Source: Felis catus
Taxonomy: Eukaryota
Assembly: GCF_018350175.1 (NCBI RefSeq)
Contig: NC_058368.1
Span: 64,792,001-64,856,000, forward strand
Length of the DNA: 64,000 nucleotides
Direction of reading: 5' to 3'
In this document: positions 24,611-38,705 of the stretch, in pieces
Numbering within the stretch: position 1 is the first letter of the stretch
How the letters are laid out: every line of letters starts with the position of its first letter
Translations under genes and position numbers: made by a program
Notes under the pieces: model-generated
Seen by the model: the letters and a program-made list of their open reading frames with translations, nothing else
Told to the model about the DNA's origin: nothing
The model's database searches: none

Positions 24611-26104
24611 TACCTCGTCTCCACCTTTTCTCTGAGCTTACCCTGCCACATCTGGTGGATCTGTTCTCTTGCCTCATGATAAACGAGAAGGGAGAGAATC
24701 GAATACTGTTCTGCCCAGCTCTCTGTGTGTCGGAGGATAGAGTGTATTTAGAAGCCTGCTTTCAGATCAGTTTCTGTTCTGGGATTTAGTCCCCTTCTTT
24801 TCTGGTCCATAGGTATCTTCCCAAAGCTTTCTTCCAGATTTTGTGTTAGTTTTTGACCGTGGCTATGAAATCCACGGTGATAGAGTCTGTTATTATTCCC
24901 AGTTATTCATTGTTTCCACCAAAAAGGGTTACACTTAATAAGTCTTTGACATCATACTTAGTGATTTGACTTGCTTTGGTCAGTAAAATGTGAGTAAAGA
25001 AAGCAAAATATGATGAGTAATAAGAATGTATGTAATTCATTTTACAACATTTAATTTACATTTTACAACACATGATACTTTCTTAAATATATTGGAGAAA
25101 TTACAAAAATCATTTTGATGGCCATAAAAGGAATAAATCACACAAAGAAACTATATTAGAGTTAAAATACTTATTATGTTGTGTTTTTCTCCGTGAACCA
25201 TCAAATGTTATACTTCCATCCCCAGATAAACTCTGAAATGTCTACCAGCTTTCATCATGCAAAAATCACCTAACCTAAATCTACCCATGTTCTAAAAGAA
25301 TTTATAGTTAGCAAGCATTTCAGAAATTCAGATTTTATTTTTAGATGTTGACCCTCTAAAAATTAGTTTTCAGGGATTCTTCATATATGGAATGATTCTG
25401 AATTTTGAAACAGCTACAGAAAGAGGGAAATAAATGGTGGTGAGGTGGCCCTAAATGATTTTTGGCAACATCTCAGTCCGGTAGCATATTGATATAGACA
25501 TGAGAGCTGGGATATTAAATAATACAAATTAATCAGTTGATTGTAAGACAGGAAGAGGAACTTCTCTATAGCATGTACTATCTATATTGGTTATTTCCTA
25601 TGCATTTAAAAAATCTCAAACTTCTTCATACTCCTTTATGTGATAATCTACATTCTGGGAATCTATTTTAGGAAGTCTAAAGAATGGGTAAAAAAGTGAT
25701 GGATGACTTGGCATATGAGAGACATCTAAAATCTGACCTCATTGGGAGGATACATACCAGAGAAAGTGAAAGCTAGTCTAAATCTCAGAACTCAGAAAAG
25801 ATCAAGAAACAGAGACTTTGATACCTTCCAAATGTCAAGAGTACAGCTGTTGTACTGAAAAACTGATTATTTGAAACCACTTTTCACTAAGTTCTTATAA
25901 ACCCCTCAGTTCAGAGAGACAGTAACTGCCCCTCTCCTATGTGACAGGAGACAGGAAGTGTGCTCTGTGGAGACACTGGAGGAGGCTTGTGGCATGCAGC
26001 ATGCCTCACAGGGCACGTTCCTTAAGTGTCTTCTTTGCTAGATTCTCCTCTTGATTTTAAAGGTTAAACAATGGAAATTCACACCCTTCAATTCCACAGG
26101 GCCT

Positions 26105-27065
26105 GGCTCCGTGTCTCCAAATTCTTGACTTGTCCATCTGAGTCTTTACATAGACATCTCTATCAGGATGTCTAATCAGCATCTCAGGCTCAAATGTCCA
26201 AAATTATTTCCCCCTCTTCTCTTGCATCAAAAAATTCTGCTTCCTTCACTTTCTTCTCAATCTCAATTAGTAGTTATTCTATGCTTCTCAGTCTTCTGAC
26301 TAGAAATTGTGGAGACAATCCTGATTGACCCCATGGCCAATCAGATGACAATAGGACTCCGTGAAAAAATCCTCCTGGTTCTATCTCTAAACGTGTCCAG
26401 GACCTGGTCACATTTCCCTACCTCTCCTGCTATCTGCCTGGCCCAAGCCTCCATCTTCCCTTCTGGATCATCACAGTGCTGTCCCAATTTTTCTCACACT
26501 TTTTCCCATCATATTATTTCCCCAACATAGCAGCCAGAATGGTTTTTATGGATGTATGTCACTGCTCTGATCAAAACCCCAAAGGCATCTGCTCATTCAG
26601 AGCAAAAGCCTATAAATATCCTGAGATATTTAGAGATGTGCCTCTACATGATCTCACCTCTCTTCCACCTGTATGCCCTCCCCCTTGTTCACTCTACTTC
26701 AGCACGTCTGCTCTCCTGGGCCACACATGGCATATTCCACTTCAGATATCCACAGTGTGTGCCTCCCTGCCTCCATTGCTGTCCCCCAATATTAACATGG
26801 CTCACTTTCTTACCTTTTTCAGTCCTTGCTCAAATGTCACTTGTTCCATGAGATCTACCCATGTTAAATTTCAGTTTTTCTCCATCCCTGCACGCTTCTT
26901 AATTTTCTTCCACAGTACTTATCATCTGCTAATATACTATATTTGTATTCATTTCTACCTTTCTGCAATAATCTGTAGGATCCATGAACATAGGAAACTA
27001 TGTCAACTTTTTACACTGCTGTGACCTCAGAACTGACAATGTCTTTTGAAGGAACGAATTAATAC
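26105..27065 (+). mobile_element. L2a relic
   Basis: gacatctctatcaggatgtctaatcagcatctcaggctcaaatgtcca; tgctcaaatgtcac; terminal gaaggaacgaattaat. Confidence 0.85.
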
Positions 27066-28576
27066 ATATTGGGAATATCAGGAAATTTGGACATGTCCAT
27101 TGGGGGCTGGCCTAGGGAGCTCAATCCTCATCCTCCACTCTAGGAAATATAACAGATAATATCCAATACTAGAAATTGAGAAATAATTATTTAAATATCT
27201 TATTTCAAAATAGGAAGATAAGTATTCTAAAAAAATTTGTATTTTTGTTTGCCTTTAGAGAGGCTAGAGATTTTCTCTATTATAGTATTCTGAATCTTTG
27301 AACCATTTGTTTTAATTACATGATGAATGTTATAGATGTAAAATATTCCTTATAAATTCTTTATTTTTTAAAAATTTATTAAAAATAGAAATACTTTAGA
27401 AATATTTAGAGTTTTGGGTGATACATTACTATTAATTTGAGAAAGAGTATGCAGAAGATTAAATGGTAGATTTTAATTAATGTCTGTTCAGTAAGTTTTA
27501 ATGTAGTCCCAGAAGTATCCATTTACAAGAAAAAAACTAAAATAGATATCTCAAGCTAAGTAAATCACCTCAAATAGTACAGACACTGCACATACACTGG
27601 AATTTAACACCTAATAGTTTTTTAAAGCTTTGGCATTCTTAGTTTATTGTTTACCTCTACTGCTGCTATATATCATTGTTCTATAAAAGGAATAAAATGT
27701 ATGTTTGGTACATAATCCTTTTGATAATATTATATTCTAATAATTCCTTTAAATGAAGTGAAATATGTAAAAAAGCTGGGCTATCTAATGAACATTTTTG
27801 CATTAATATACAGGTGATCTTGACTCAATGCCCCATTAATGAGTTTCTCTTATTGGCATTGGAAGTTTACATTTCCAACTAAATTTAAGTTGTATGAGTA
27901 AATAAAGTAATTGCATTAGGAAAACAATGTTTTGCCTACATTCCAATGTGCATCATTTCTTCTAGTTTTTATGTTCCAAAAATAACCTTTTACAAGGCAA
28001 CAAACTTAGAAAATTTAATAAAGAACTAGTTACAGTAATGTTAGATAGTATTAAGACTCATGGCTTAGACCCTTGGAACAAAGTTTAATGATGATATGAG
28101 AGAATTGCCATGAATATATGTTAACTTAGATTAATGGAGAATAGATAGGGTTTTGTGATTCTCTCTCCTAAACAATTAAAAAGGGAAATTAGTTGTAGGT
28201 TCTTAGCTAAACCTTTTTGAAGATTATTTTCCTAATTGGAAAATTATCAGAAGCAAAATCCCTTCAAGAATACAAGATTTAAAAACTCATTGAGTTAAGT
28301 TGACTTTAATGCAAGGTTCCTTTTTCAGACTCACAAAACTAATGTGTTCTTACATAGGGGAGGCCAGTATCATCCTGATACTGAATAATATCAATGATGA
28401 TGAATGAATGATAACCTAGTAGTTATTGAGCTATAGGTTTAAAAAGAAAGAGGAAGAATTCCACTTAGGGTAGGACTATTCCTATACATTTTTTATCTTA
28501 AGCAGTCAATTTTGCATTATCAGGTGTACTAAGATAATAAATGGTTCCAAATATTCAATATTTTGCTTAAGTACTA

Positions 28577-28594
28577 TGTATATGTGTGTGTGTG

Positions 28595-28645
<51 letters not shown>
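28577..28645. repeat. (TG)n-TA-(CA)n-(TA)n compound microsatellite
   Basis: Directly visible; self-complementary arrangement. Confidence 0.95.
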
Positions 28646-29197
28646 GAACTTGAATACATAAATAGGTATGTGTATATAACTGTTATGTACTAAGTAAGTA
28701 TTTAGGGGTCTTATTATATTGGGTCTGTTATTAAGAACACTTATTTTATTGGTTGGCTAGTGAAATGTGCAATTATGGATTGTACTAGAATTAATATTTT
28801 GCCTAAAAATCCAGTGAGTGCTTTACACTAAATTGAGAGAATGCGAAATAATTTCTAGTAGCCATTTTTGTTGTCTTGCCAACAAGTCCAGTTAATATTT
28901 TATTTCTTAATGTATTTTTATCGAAGTATAGCTGACAAGCAATATAACAATAGTTCCAGATGCCCACCTAATATTTTAAAACTGATTTCAAAGAATTTTT
29001 ATTTGGCCATCCATCTAAATAAGTTTTGAATTTAGTGCAGTAAGATAAATAATGTACTATTTCCAGTGAGGTTCTATATGCCAATTTTGGTTTCTACTCA
29101 TAATTCATTTTCCTGCTCTTTTTCCAAGGCAGTTTATTATGCAGTTAACAAATGTTAAATAAAATAGGAATTTCATCCTGATTAGGTTTTTATAAGA

Positions 29198-29315
29198 TAG
29201 TATTGTCCAATACAAAAGTCACTTGCCACACGTGACTACAAAGCACATGAAATGTGGCCACTCCAAATTGAGACATGCTGTAAATGTAAGGGGTACACCA
29301 GAACTTGAAAACTTA
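29198..29315. mobile_element. MER33 (hAT-Charlie) fragment
   Basis: ttgtccaata...gccacacgtgacta...aaatgtggccactccaaattgagacatgctgtaaatgtaa. Confidence 0.8.
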
Positions 29316-29317
29316 CA

Positions 29318-29362
29318 GGCATCTGGGTGGTTCAGTTGGTTAAGTGGCCTACTTTGGCTCAG
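29318..29362 (+). mobile_element. Can-SINE 5' head fragment
   Basis: ggcatctgggtggttcagttggttaagtggcctactttggctcag, then an abrupt end. Confidence 0.8.
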
Positions 29363-31848
29363 TTTATTGTTTGAAGCTTTCCTCTCTCTCAGATTAGATG
29401 GTATTAAATAATTATATTACAAGTTTTTTAAAGGTAATAGAAATGTGTCTTTTATATTGTGTTGTTCCCCTCCTTTATTCAGATATCCAGCCTAAATGTA
29501 ACCCATTAATACTATTAATATTCAATTAAATGGATAGGAAGACAATTACTTTCATGTCTTTTTCCCTTTATTGTATAATTGATTCATTTGCCATATTTAG
29601 GGCACAGGCATTTTATAGATATCCTTATATATAATCAGCATACATAATCCAGAATTTTAAAAGAGCAGTTCAAATTGTATATAAATATAATATAAATATG
29701 GTTTAGCCTTATTTTTGTTCTACCTCATTGGTGATGATATTCTAGTGTTCTATTAGAACATATTAGTCTGATGATCTGACTGAAAGTGGACTATTGATTG
29801 GCTAATGGAAAGATTTCCAATGGAAAACAGTTTGTGAAATAACAACAGTTTGGTGAAACGAAGCCTCCAAGAAGGTGTGGAGTGAACTCCCATCCTTAGA
29901 TTTTACATTGCCCTGATGTCGGTGGGCTCTACTTCTTGCTCTCAGCCATCAAATGACCTTTAGACAGTTCCTTACTCTGCCTGCTTATTAGCTTTCTGGA
30001 CAAGACGGTTAAACTGCCAATACAAGTCCTCTCTCTCCAAGATGATATTGGCCTTCCCCCTGGTAATGAAGCACTCACCTTATCTTCCTCTAAATCACCA
30101 AGACAAATTGAAGTGCTCTCACACAACGTACTATAAACATTTTAAATTAATCTATACACACTTGAAGTAATTTGTGTTTCACATTCCATCTCCTTATTCT
30201 ACTACTCGTCTGCCTTGAAATATCTGTATTTGTAAGTTCCATTCACCAAAGCCCAAGACATAAAGAGATTTCCTTTAGAGGTAGATCATGAAAGCTCACC
30301 CTATCAGGGAAGAAATACACACTGACTGTCTACCTGCCCTTCTCATATAATACAGATTCATTCAAGTCAGTGAGTTTATGTTTGCTAGTCTCCTAAAATC
30401 TGTTTCCCCTGATGCTTTTTTTTTTAACTTCCCTGGACTTTCTTGACAGTCAAAGGAGCAAATTGAACAAGAGAGACCTGCCAAATAGCACAGATTTGCT
30501 ATATGGTAGCATAGAAACAGCTAAGTTTAATTGAGAAACACACCTAGTTTTCCCATGCAATTATAGTTGGAAAGCTTTTCTTTTTTGTATGTGCATGTGT
30601 ACAAAACTAAGGAACTGCACCCTTCATTCAAGAAAGACTGGCTATGTTCTAATGAGAAAAGTATTAGTCATTCTAAGCATGGATTACAGTTTTCCAAAAT
30701 ATATGGTGTATCGGGTTGGGATGAATAAAAATGTTTACAACTAAAAGTGTGACCTAATATTCATGATAAAGTGATGAGAAGGCTTTTGCTTGATTAGATT
30801 GCTGGTCCTTTTTTGAACATTCATTAAATTCGATTTTTGGTGGAGGCAGTGAGCCAACAAATGACAGATTCTAGACTTCACAAGCTCATGGGTAGAGATA
30901 ATCAAGTGTTGCAGGGATAAACCAATTCACTGGATAATTAGTTCTGGAAGTTTGTGAGCAAGGCAAGCAATAGAGTATTTTCAAGATGGAATGAGGATAG
31001 GATCTTGAACCCTGTCGTGTTGAGTGTCTTTAAAATACCTATTTCTAATTTCTAACAGAAGTAGAATCAACTTGAAAAATACCATACTCTTCTGGTTAGA
31101 TTATTTTCAACCAATTTCAAATACAAAGGATATAAAACTAATTTTGTCCAATTTGATGAAGATAAGAGTAAACTAGATGACATTCATAGCCTTTTCCAAG
31201 GCTGTATAACTTTTTTTCCTAGAGTGCTTGGATTTATCAGTGTTCATCTTTTTGACATGGCAATGTACTTTAAGTTACACTCAAAAGTTTCAATGACAAT
31301 CAAAATTGGTATCCTCCTTATATGGTTCTTTTGGACAATATACCCTCCACTGCTTCAGATAGAGTACTAAGTGCACTTGGGCGCTTAAAACATATTTTAT
31401 GATTGTAATCTTGGGCATTTGAAGTGGTTCTCCATTCTACTACAGATATAAACACCATAAATTGGAAAAGACATACTTCAGTTGAAAGGTCAAAAGTCCT
31501 TGCTGGACTTTTCCTGGTGGTGTTTATGAGAAAGACAGCTCAAATTTATTGGTAGAGCTAAATTTCTTGAACAGGAAAGTCAGAGTGAAAGCTCGATAGT
31601 GAGATTGGAAAAAAATTGTGGAGACATAAGTAAAGTTGGGGACGAAATGTTATTAGGAAGTTCAGTAAGTGCAAACTATCTTCAAAAAGCTCACTGTAAA
31701 AGGAGTTTACAGAGTAAAAGGAGTTTATGGAACTCCTCAAGATAATGGGTGACATCAACTTAGCATTAATATTCACACAAAGCTAAGGGATTTTTTTTTA
31801 TTTTATTGCATTAACATTCTTAAATCCCAATTATTTATAATAACAAGA

Positions 31849-34150
31849 TTTTTTTATAAGACTTTTCTAGAGCAGTTGTAGGTTTACAACAAAACTGAAA
31901 GGAAGGTACAGAGATTTCCAGTATAACCTCTGCCCTCACACTCCGTTACCAACACCATTCACCACAGTGGTACTGTCTCTTTTTCTTTTTGTTTTTGTTT
32001 TCCCGAGGATGAACCCATGTGGACACCTCATATTCACCCAAAGTCAATAGTTTACCTTAAGGTTCACCCTCAATGTTCTCTATTCTGTGGGTTTAGACAA
32101 ATGTAGACCCATCATTATAATATCACACGGAGTATTTCCACTGACCTAATAGTCCTAATAGTCTCCCATTCATCTCCTTCACCTCCCAAACCCTGGTATC
32201 CACTGATGTTTTCACTATCTACATAGTTTTGCCTTTTCCAGAATGTCATATGGTTTAAATTATACCACAGATTGTCTTTTTGGATTGGGTTCTTTGATTT
32301 AGAGGAAACTTAGATGCATATTACTATGTCTTTCCATGGCTCGATAACTCATTTCCTTTTAGCATGGACTAATATTCCATTGCCTGGATATGCCACAGTT
32401 TGTTTATCCACTTACCTACTGAAAGACATTTTGGGTGCTCCCAGATTTTGGCAATTGTGAATAAAAAAATATATATATGCATCTATGTACAGGTTTTTGT
32501 GTGGACATAAGTTTTCAACTCATTTGAGATGAAAATACCAAGTATTCAACTACTTTGGGTTGGAAATATCAAGGAGCACTCTTTCTATACCATATTATTA
32601 GACTCTGGCTCAGTATTGTAAAAAAAAAAAAATTGCCAACTCTCTTCCAAAGTGGCTATACTGTTTTGCATTTTTACCAGCATTAAATAAGAGTTTCTAT
32701 TGCTCTATTGCCTCACCGGAATTTGATGTTGTCAGTGTTTTGGGATTTTGGCCATTGTAATGTGTATTCATCGTATTTCGCTAATGTTCTAATTTGCATT
32801 TCTCTGATGACACATGATATGGATGGAGAGTCTAATCATAAGCTTACTTGCCATTTGTTAAGTCTTCCTTGATGAGGTGTCTCTTCAGGTCTTTGGTCCA
32901 TATTTTAGTCAGATCATTTCCTTATTTTTGAGTTTTAGGAGTTATTTGTATATTTTGAATAACAGTCCTTTATAGGATGTGTCTCTTGCAAACATTTTCT
33001 CCCAGTCTATGGCTTGTCTTCCTAATTCCTTGGAATTTGTCTTCCCCGGGGAAAATTTTTTTCATTTTAATGAAATCCATTTCTTTCATGGATTCTACAT
33101 TCTGTGTTGCATCTAAAAATTCACTTTCATACCTACAGTCATCTAGTTGTTTTTTTTTTTTTATGTTAACTTCTAAAAGTTTTAAATTTTGCATTTTACA
33201 TTTGGGTCTATGATCTTTTGTTTTGTTTTGTTTTTTGCTTTTTTTTTTCATTCGTTCATTCACTTGTAGTATAATTTACATGCAGTGCTATATTCGTCAC
33301 AGGTGTACAGTATAGTGATTCAACAATTCTATACTTTACTCAGTGCTCATTGTGATAAGTGTACTCTTAGTCCCCTTCTCCTATTTCACCCAACCTCCCA
33401 CCTACCTCCCCTCTGGTAACCACCAATTCTCTGTACTTAAAAGTCTTGGTTTTTTTTGTTTGTTTGTCTCTTTTTTCCTTTGTTGATTTGTTTTGTTTTT
33501 TTTAAATCCACATATAAGTGAAATCATATGGTATTTGTCTTTCTCTGACTCACTTATTTCACTTAGCAGTATACCTTACAGATTTATCCATGTTGTTGCA
33601 AATGGCAAAATTTCATTCTTTTTTATTCTTCTTTATCCATTCCTTTATCAATGGGCACTTAAGTTGCTTCCATATTTTGGCTATTGTAAATAATGCTGCA
33701 ATAAACATAGGGGTGCATTTACCTTTTCAAATTAAGGTTCTAGTTTTCTTTGGATAAATACTCAGTAGTGGAAATACTGGATGTTACGATAATTGTTTTT
33801 AATCTTTTAAGGAACCTCCATACTCTTTTGCACAATGGCTGTACCAGTTTGCATTCCCACCACAGTACACAAGTGTTTCTTTTTCTCCACATCCTTGCCA
33901 ACACTCGTTGTTTTTTGTGTTTTTTATTTTAGTCATCCTGACTGGTGCGAGGTCATATTTCATTGTGGTTTTGATTTGTGTTTCCCTGGTTTCCCTGGTG
34001 ATTAGTTATGTTGAGCATCTTTTCATGTGTTTGCTGGCATATGCAGTTCATATTTGAGTTAATTTTTGTGAAATGAATTAGATCTATGTCTAGACTATGT
34101 TTTTCATGTGGATGTACAGATGTTTCCATACCATTTGCTAAGGAAAGCAT
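31849..34150 (-). mobile_element. L1MC1-like 3' fragment, interrupted by a younger L1
   Basis: agagcagttgtaggtttacaacaaaactgaaaggaaggtacagagatttcc 3' end; resumes after ~34045 with tttgagttaatttttgtgaa. Confidence 0.88.
33216..34043 (-). mobile_element. Nested 5'-truncated carnivore L1 (L1_Carn-like)
   Basis: (TTTTG)n tail; caggtgtacagtatagtgattcaacaattc 3' end of the same family as the 6172 and 59491 copies. Confidence 0.9.
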
Positions 34151-34159
34151 TTATTTTTT

Positions 34160-34450
34160 ACTCGGGTTACAGGTCAATTCCTGGCAGGTCAGCAAGTGCT
34201 ACTCTGACCTATGTGACTTCTCATCCTGGGACTCTCATTGGGAGAGGGAAAGGAATGATAGGAGGACAAGCTGATGGGAGGAAAGGCATAAGATGTCACT
34301 CAAAGATTCTGCTTAATATTAGTGCTTTAACTCACATTTGACTGGCTCATATCCATTATATGGTCAAGCCTGACAATAGGGAGGAAATGTGTCATCTACC
34401 TTCAATGAAGCACTTCAAGTCAAATTATAAGAGGCAGAGAAGCACACTCC
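34160..34450 (-). mobile_element. MLT1H/G-like MaLR LTR fragment
   Basis: tcaaagattctgctt...tatggtcaagcctgacaa...gcacttcaagtca. Confidence 0.5.
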
Positions 34451-34471
34451 TCTTTTAAGGAAATAGTTCAT

Positions 34472-34685
34472 GGGGCACATGGGTGGCTAGTCAGTTGAGT
34501 GTCTGACTCTTTGGCTCAGGTCATGATCTCAGGATTGAGGGATCAAGCCATATGTTGGACTCCATGCTGAGCATGGAGCCTGCTTAAGATTCTCTCTCTC
34601 TGTCTCTCTCGCCCCCTTCCCCCGCTCCCTCTCTCCTTCTACCCCTCTCCCCTGCTCATGCTGTCATAAATAAAAATTTTAAAAA
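34472..34685 (+). mobile_element. Older Can-SINE
   Basis: ggggcacatgggtggc, ggctcaggtcatgatctcagg, ccatgctgagcatggagcctgcttaagattc. Confidence 0.93.
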
Positions 34686-35592
34686 TGCAACATTTGTAAA
34701 CAACAATGCTATATCCATGAAGAGTATTTCAAATGTAGGAATAATGGACCTCAAACCATTTGGTTCTAGTCATACTTCCTCCTATTGTTTTAGGTCAATT
34801 CCATAGCTTAAGAGAACTTCATAAAGAAATATTTCTAAGAAGGAATTCATCTAAAGGGGATAAAATCTCAGTGGCTCTCAAAGACATCTGGACTTTCTGA
34901 TGACTTATAGGCACTGGCAGATACTACCGTGGAGAAAAATGATACTGAGACAAGAGTTTCTAGCTTTCACATGAACTTCCAGACTACCTCCAAAGGCTCC
35001 AATGCCCACAGGATCAAGAGTTATACATAATCCCACTGCAGTTATATAGCACTTGGCACTTGTTGAAACCTAGGAATTATCTCTTTAAATGATTAAAAAT
35101 ATGCATCTGAAAGGATGTAGTGAATATCTAACAAATTGGTGTTATTGATACAAAGGAAGATGGAAAATAAATATTGAGCTTATCAGTGTTCTTGCTTCCA
35201 GATGATTTGCCATCCTGAGGTGATAAAGAAGTGTAACAATACAGAGTGATGGGAATGTGAGGCAAAACATGGATAATCACACAGTTACTGGAATTGCAAA
35301 AAAATACACACAATAACACTTGATTACAGTTTTGAATGTAACACATAGTAAAGAGTTGAACAAATTACAGTAGATGGAAGAGTCTAAATATTATCCATTG
35401 GCATTTTAAATTACAAGTTTGTGGTCTGGTGGTCCATGTTGGATTTTAAGCAATGAAGGCAGAATTCTCAAACTTCAATATGCATAGTAACCGCCTACAG
35501 AGCTTGTTTAAAATACTTATTCCCCAAATTTATCCAGACTGTGGCCCAGAGATGTTAACTCAGCAAACTGGTGGGGTTGGGTTATCTAGTCA

Positions 35593-35814
35593 TTTTTTTT
35601 TTTTAATGTTTATTTATTTTTAAGAGAGAGAGAGACACACACACAGAGTGTAAGCTGGGGAGGGGCAGAGAGAAGGAGAGACAGAATCCAAAGCAGACTC
35701 CAGGCTCTGAGCTGTCAGCACAGAGCCCAATGCAGGGCTCAAACCCACAAACCTGTGAGATCATGACTTGAGCTGAAGTTGGATGCTTAACCAACTGAGC
35801 CACCCAGGGACCCC
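35593..35814 (-). mobile_element. Can-SINE (SINEC_Fc2-like)
   Basis: Full head ccacccagggacccc, body caggctctgagctgtcagcacagagccc, T tail. Confidence 0.97.
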
Positions 35815-36042
35815 TTTTCTTTAGTTTTTTTTTCTTTTTTTTTTTTAAGTTTCTTTATTTATTTTGAGAGAGACAGAGAGATAACAAGTGGAGGAGGGGT
35901 AGAGAGAGAAAGAATCCCAAGCAGGCTCTGCAAGGTCAGCACAGAGACTGACACTGGGCTCCACCTCATGAAACTGTGAGATCATGACCTGAGCTGAAAT
36001 CAAGAGTCAGACCCTTAACCAACTGAGCCACCCAGACACCCC
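35815..36042 (-). mobile_element. Can-SINE directly adjacent to the previous copy
   Basis: T tail, gagatcatgacctgagctgaaatcaagagtcag, head ccacccagacacccc. Confidence 0.96.
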
Positions 36043-37595
36043 TGGGTTGTCCAGTTCCTAATAAGCACTTGAGAGATCTAATGTAAGTGGTCAGGAATGC
36101 AAGCTTTGAGCCATAGTGAAATATGGAACCAAAAAATAGATCTTTTTAATATTCGTTAGATTAGCACCTAATTACATTGCAGGAACAATTATTTTTATAA
36201 GATCATTATGAAAAAATTTAATGAAAACTGAATAATGACTCAATTTGCATAAGTTCACTCTCTATTGTTTTGAAATCTGTTGAATAAGTTTATATTATGA
36301 AAGTTACTAATTATGCTCTAGTCAAAAGTATGTAATGTACTGAAAAATATAAATTGGTTATTACGCATTGTACATGTAGTGCAATTTCTTAAGGGTAATT
36401 TCATATTTAGATTTTAAAAACACTCTTGAGTGATATGAAAAATGGACATTTTAAAAATAACAGAATATTCTGACATCAAAAAGATATATGTCAAATCACC
36501 AGAGACAAAATGTCTTTGTTAATGTTATCATTACATGCTCATTTTGCCACACAACCTCACTTATTTAAAAAGTTATCTTAATATGGTTATAACATTTGAG
36601 CTCTACATTTGAGCTTCAAATTAATATAAGTGACTTTTAAATTTTATCCAAATTATTGCCTCAATAAGGTATCTAACCCTTTTAGATGATAAAATGAAGC
36701 ATAGTATACATTTAAGGTAAAAAAGGAATAAATAAAAACCTTCTATTTAAAAATATATTCCTATCTTACAATTTTATTTTTATTTTCTAATTCAGTATCA
36801 ATAGACAAATTCACAATTTGGAAACTTTACAATTCTATCTCAACAAGTGATAGAAAAATTAAAAAGAAAATCAGCAAGGGTATATCACCTTCAACCAATA
36901 GGCTTTAAGAACATCACATCAACCAACAGACTCTAAGCAACATTTATTATAGAATATTCCACTCCCAAACAGGAGAATATATATTCATAGTAAGTGCCCA
37001 CAAATATATGCAAAGATTAGCCATATCCAAGGCCATAAACCTCAAAAATTTTAAATTGAAATTATATATAATAATAACCAGAAAAACTCTAACTAAAAAC
37101 ATAATCTATCAGTCAAAGAGAAAGTCTCAAGAGAAATTTTAAAAATAAATTAAACTGAGTAAAAATGAAAACACAACATGTCAAAGTTGCGGCACAATGC
37201 TTTAACTAAGAGATTTCTATGCCACTAAATGTGTGCATTACGAAAGAGAAAAATCAATAATCTGATTTCCTACCTTACTAACCTAACTAAAAAGAAAAGC
37301 AAAATAAACTCAAAGCAAGAACAATTAAGGAAATAAGAAAAAGCAGAAATCAATGAAATTTAAAACAGAAAAACAATAGAAAAAATAATTTAAAAACAGT
37401 TTTTCGAAAGATCTGTAAAATTGCCAAACCTTGAAAAAGTTGACAAATTTAAAAAAGAAAAGAGACTCAAATGGTCAATATCAAGAATGAAATGACATAG
37501 TACTACAAGCCTTGCAAATATCAGAATAAGAAAGGAACAGTAGGGACAATTCTATAAACATGATTTTGACAACTTAGATGGAAAGGACCAGTTCT

Positions 37596-37748
37596 GGGGC
37601 ACCTGGGTGGCTCGGTTGGCTTAGCTTCCAACTTCATCTCAGGTCATGATCTCACATGGTCTGAGCCTACATTGGGCTCTGTGCTGACAGTTCAGAGCCT
37701 GGAGCCTGTTTCACAATCTGTATCTCCCTCTCTCTCTGCCCCTCCCTT

Positions 37749-37805
<57 letters not shown>

Positions 37806-37886
37806 AATAAAAAAAAAAAACGTTTTAAATAAATAGATAGATGAATGAATGAATGAATGAATGAATGAATAAATAAATAAATGAAT
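37596..37886 (+). mobile_element. Can-SINE with expanded (TC)n and a (GAAT/TAAA)n tail
   Basis: TSD aaagg(a/g)ccagttct at 37582-37595 and 37887-37900. Confidence 0.97.
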
Positions 37887-38507
37887 AAAGGGCCAGTTCT
37901 TCAAAGGCACAAACTACAACACCCAATCCAAAATGAAATAAATAAGTTGAATAGCCCCATTAAAGACCTTTCAATTGTAATTTAAGCACTCTTCCCCAAA
38001 CAAACCCAGAGTCAATTAGGTCACTGGAGAATTCTACAAAATATTTAAAGAAGAATTAATACCAATTCTACACAACTTCCTCCAGAAAACAGAAGAGAAC
38101 AAAACCCCTTTGAATCCATTGTATGAAACTAGACTTACTTGGATACCAAAACAAGACAAACACACTACAAAAGAGGGAAAATTATAGACCCTCTATCCTT
38201 CATGAATATATATTCTCAAATAGATTCCAGCAATATATATTGAAAAAAAGAATTATATACCAAAACTAAGGAGCTTTATTTCAAAACTGAAAGTTTTTTT
38301 TCAATATTTAAATATAAATCAATAAAATCCACCATATTAACAGGATAAAGAAGAAAAATCCCATGAACCTATCAATCAATTCAGAAAAGGCATTAAAAAC
38401 ATGTAACACCAATTCTTGATAAACACCCTATTAAAAAAAGAAAGGAACTCCCCTAACTTGATAAAGAATGGCTACAAAACACTACAGGTAGCATTGAATA
38501 TAATGGT

Positions 38508-38705
38508 GGGGCACTGATGGCTCAGTCGGTTAAGTGTCCAACTTTGGCTCAGGTCATGATTTTGCAGTTTGTGAGATCAGGCTCTGTGCTGACATCAGAG
38601 CTTGAGAGCCTACTTTGGATTCTGTATCTCCCTCTCTCTGCCCCTCCCCTGCTTGCACTCCATCTCATTCTTAAAAATAAATGAACATTAAAATAAATTT
38701 TTAAA
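38508..38705 (+). mobile_element. Can-SINE with an internal deletion
   Basis: TSD aatataatggt at 38497-38507 and 38706-38716. Confidence 0.96.

Larger units (their letters stand above)
35459..36117. mobile_element. MER5A-like DNA transposon split by two SINEs
   Basis: ttctcaaacttcaatatgcat...gagcttgtttaaaatac on the left; ctaataagcac...tggtcagg...ctttgag on the right. Confidence 0.55.

Noticed and set aside
26476..27024. 182-aa ORF, the longest in the track
   Set aside because: Lies entirely within a decayed L2 relic, has a non-ATG start and no recognisable domain.
31695..31730. Short direct repeats (gtaaaaggagttta x2; similar at 8576, 32510, 50885, 63665)
   Set aside because: Ordinary local tandem duplications of two units; no repeat-spacer array, so not CRISPR-like.
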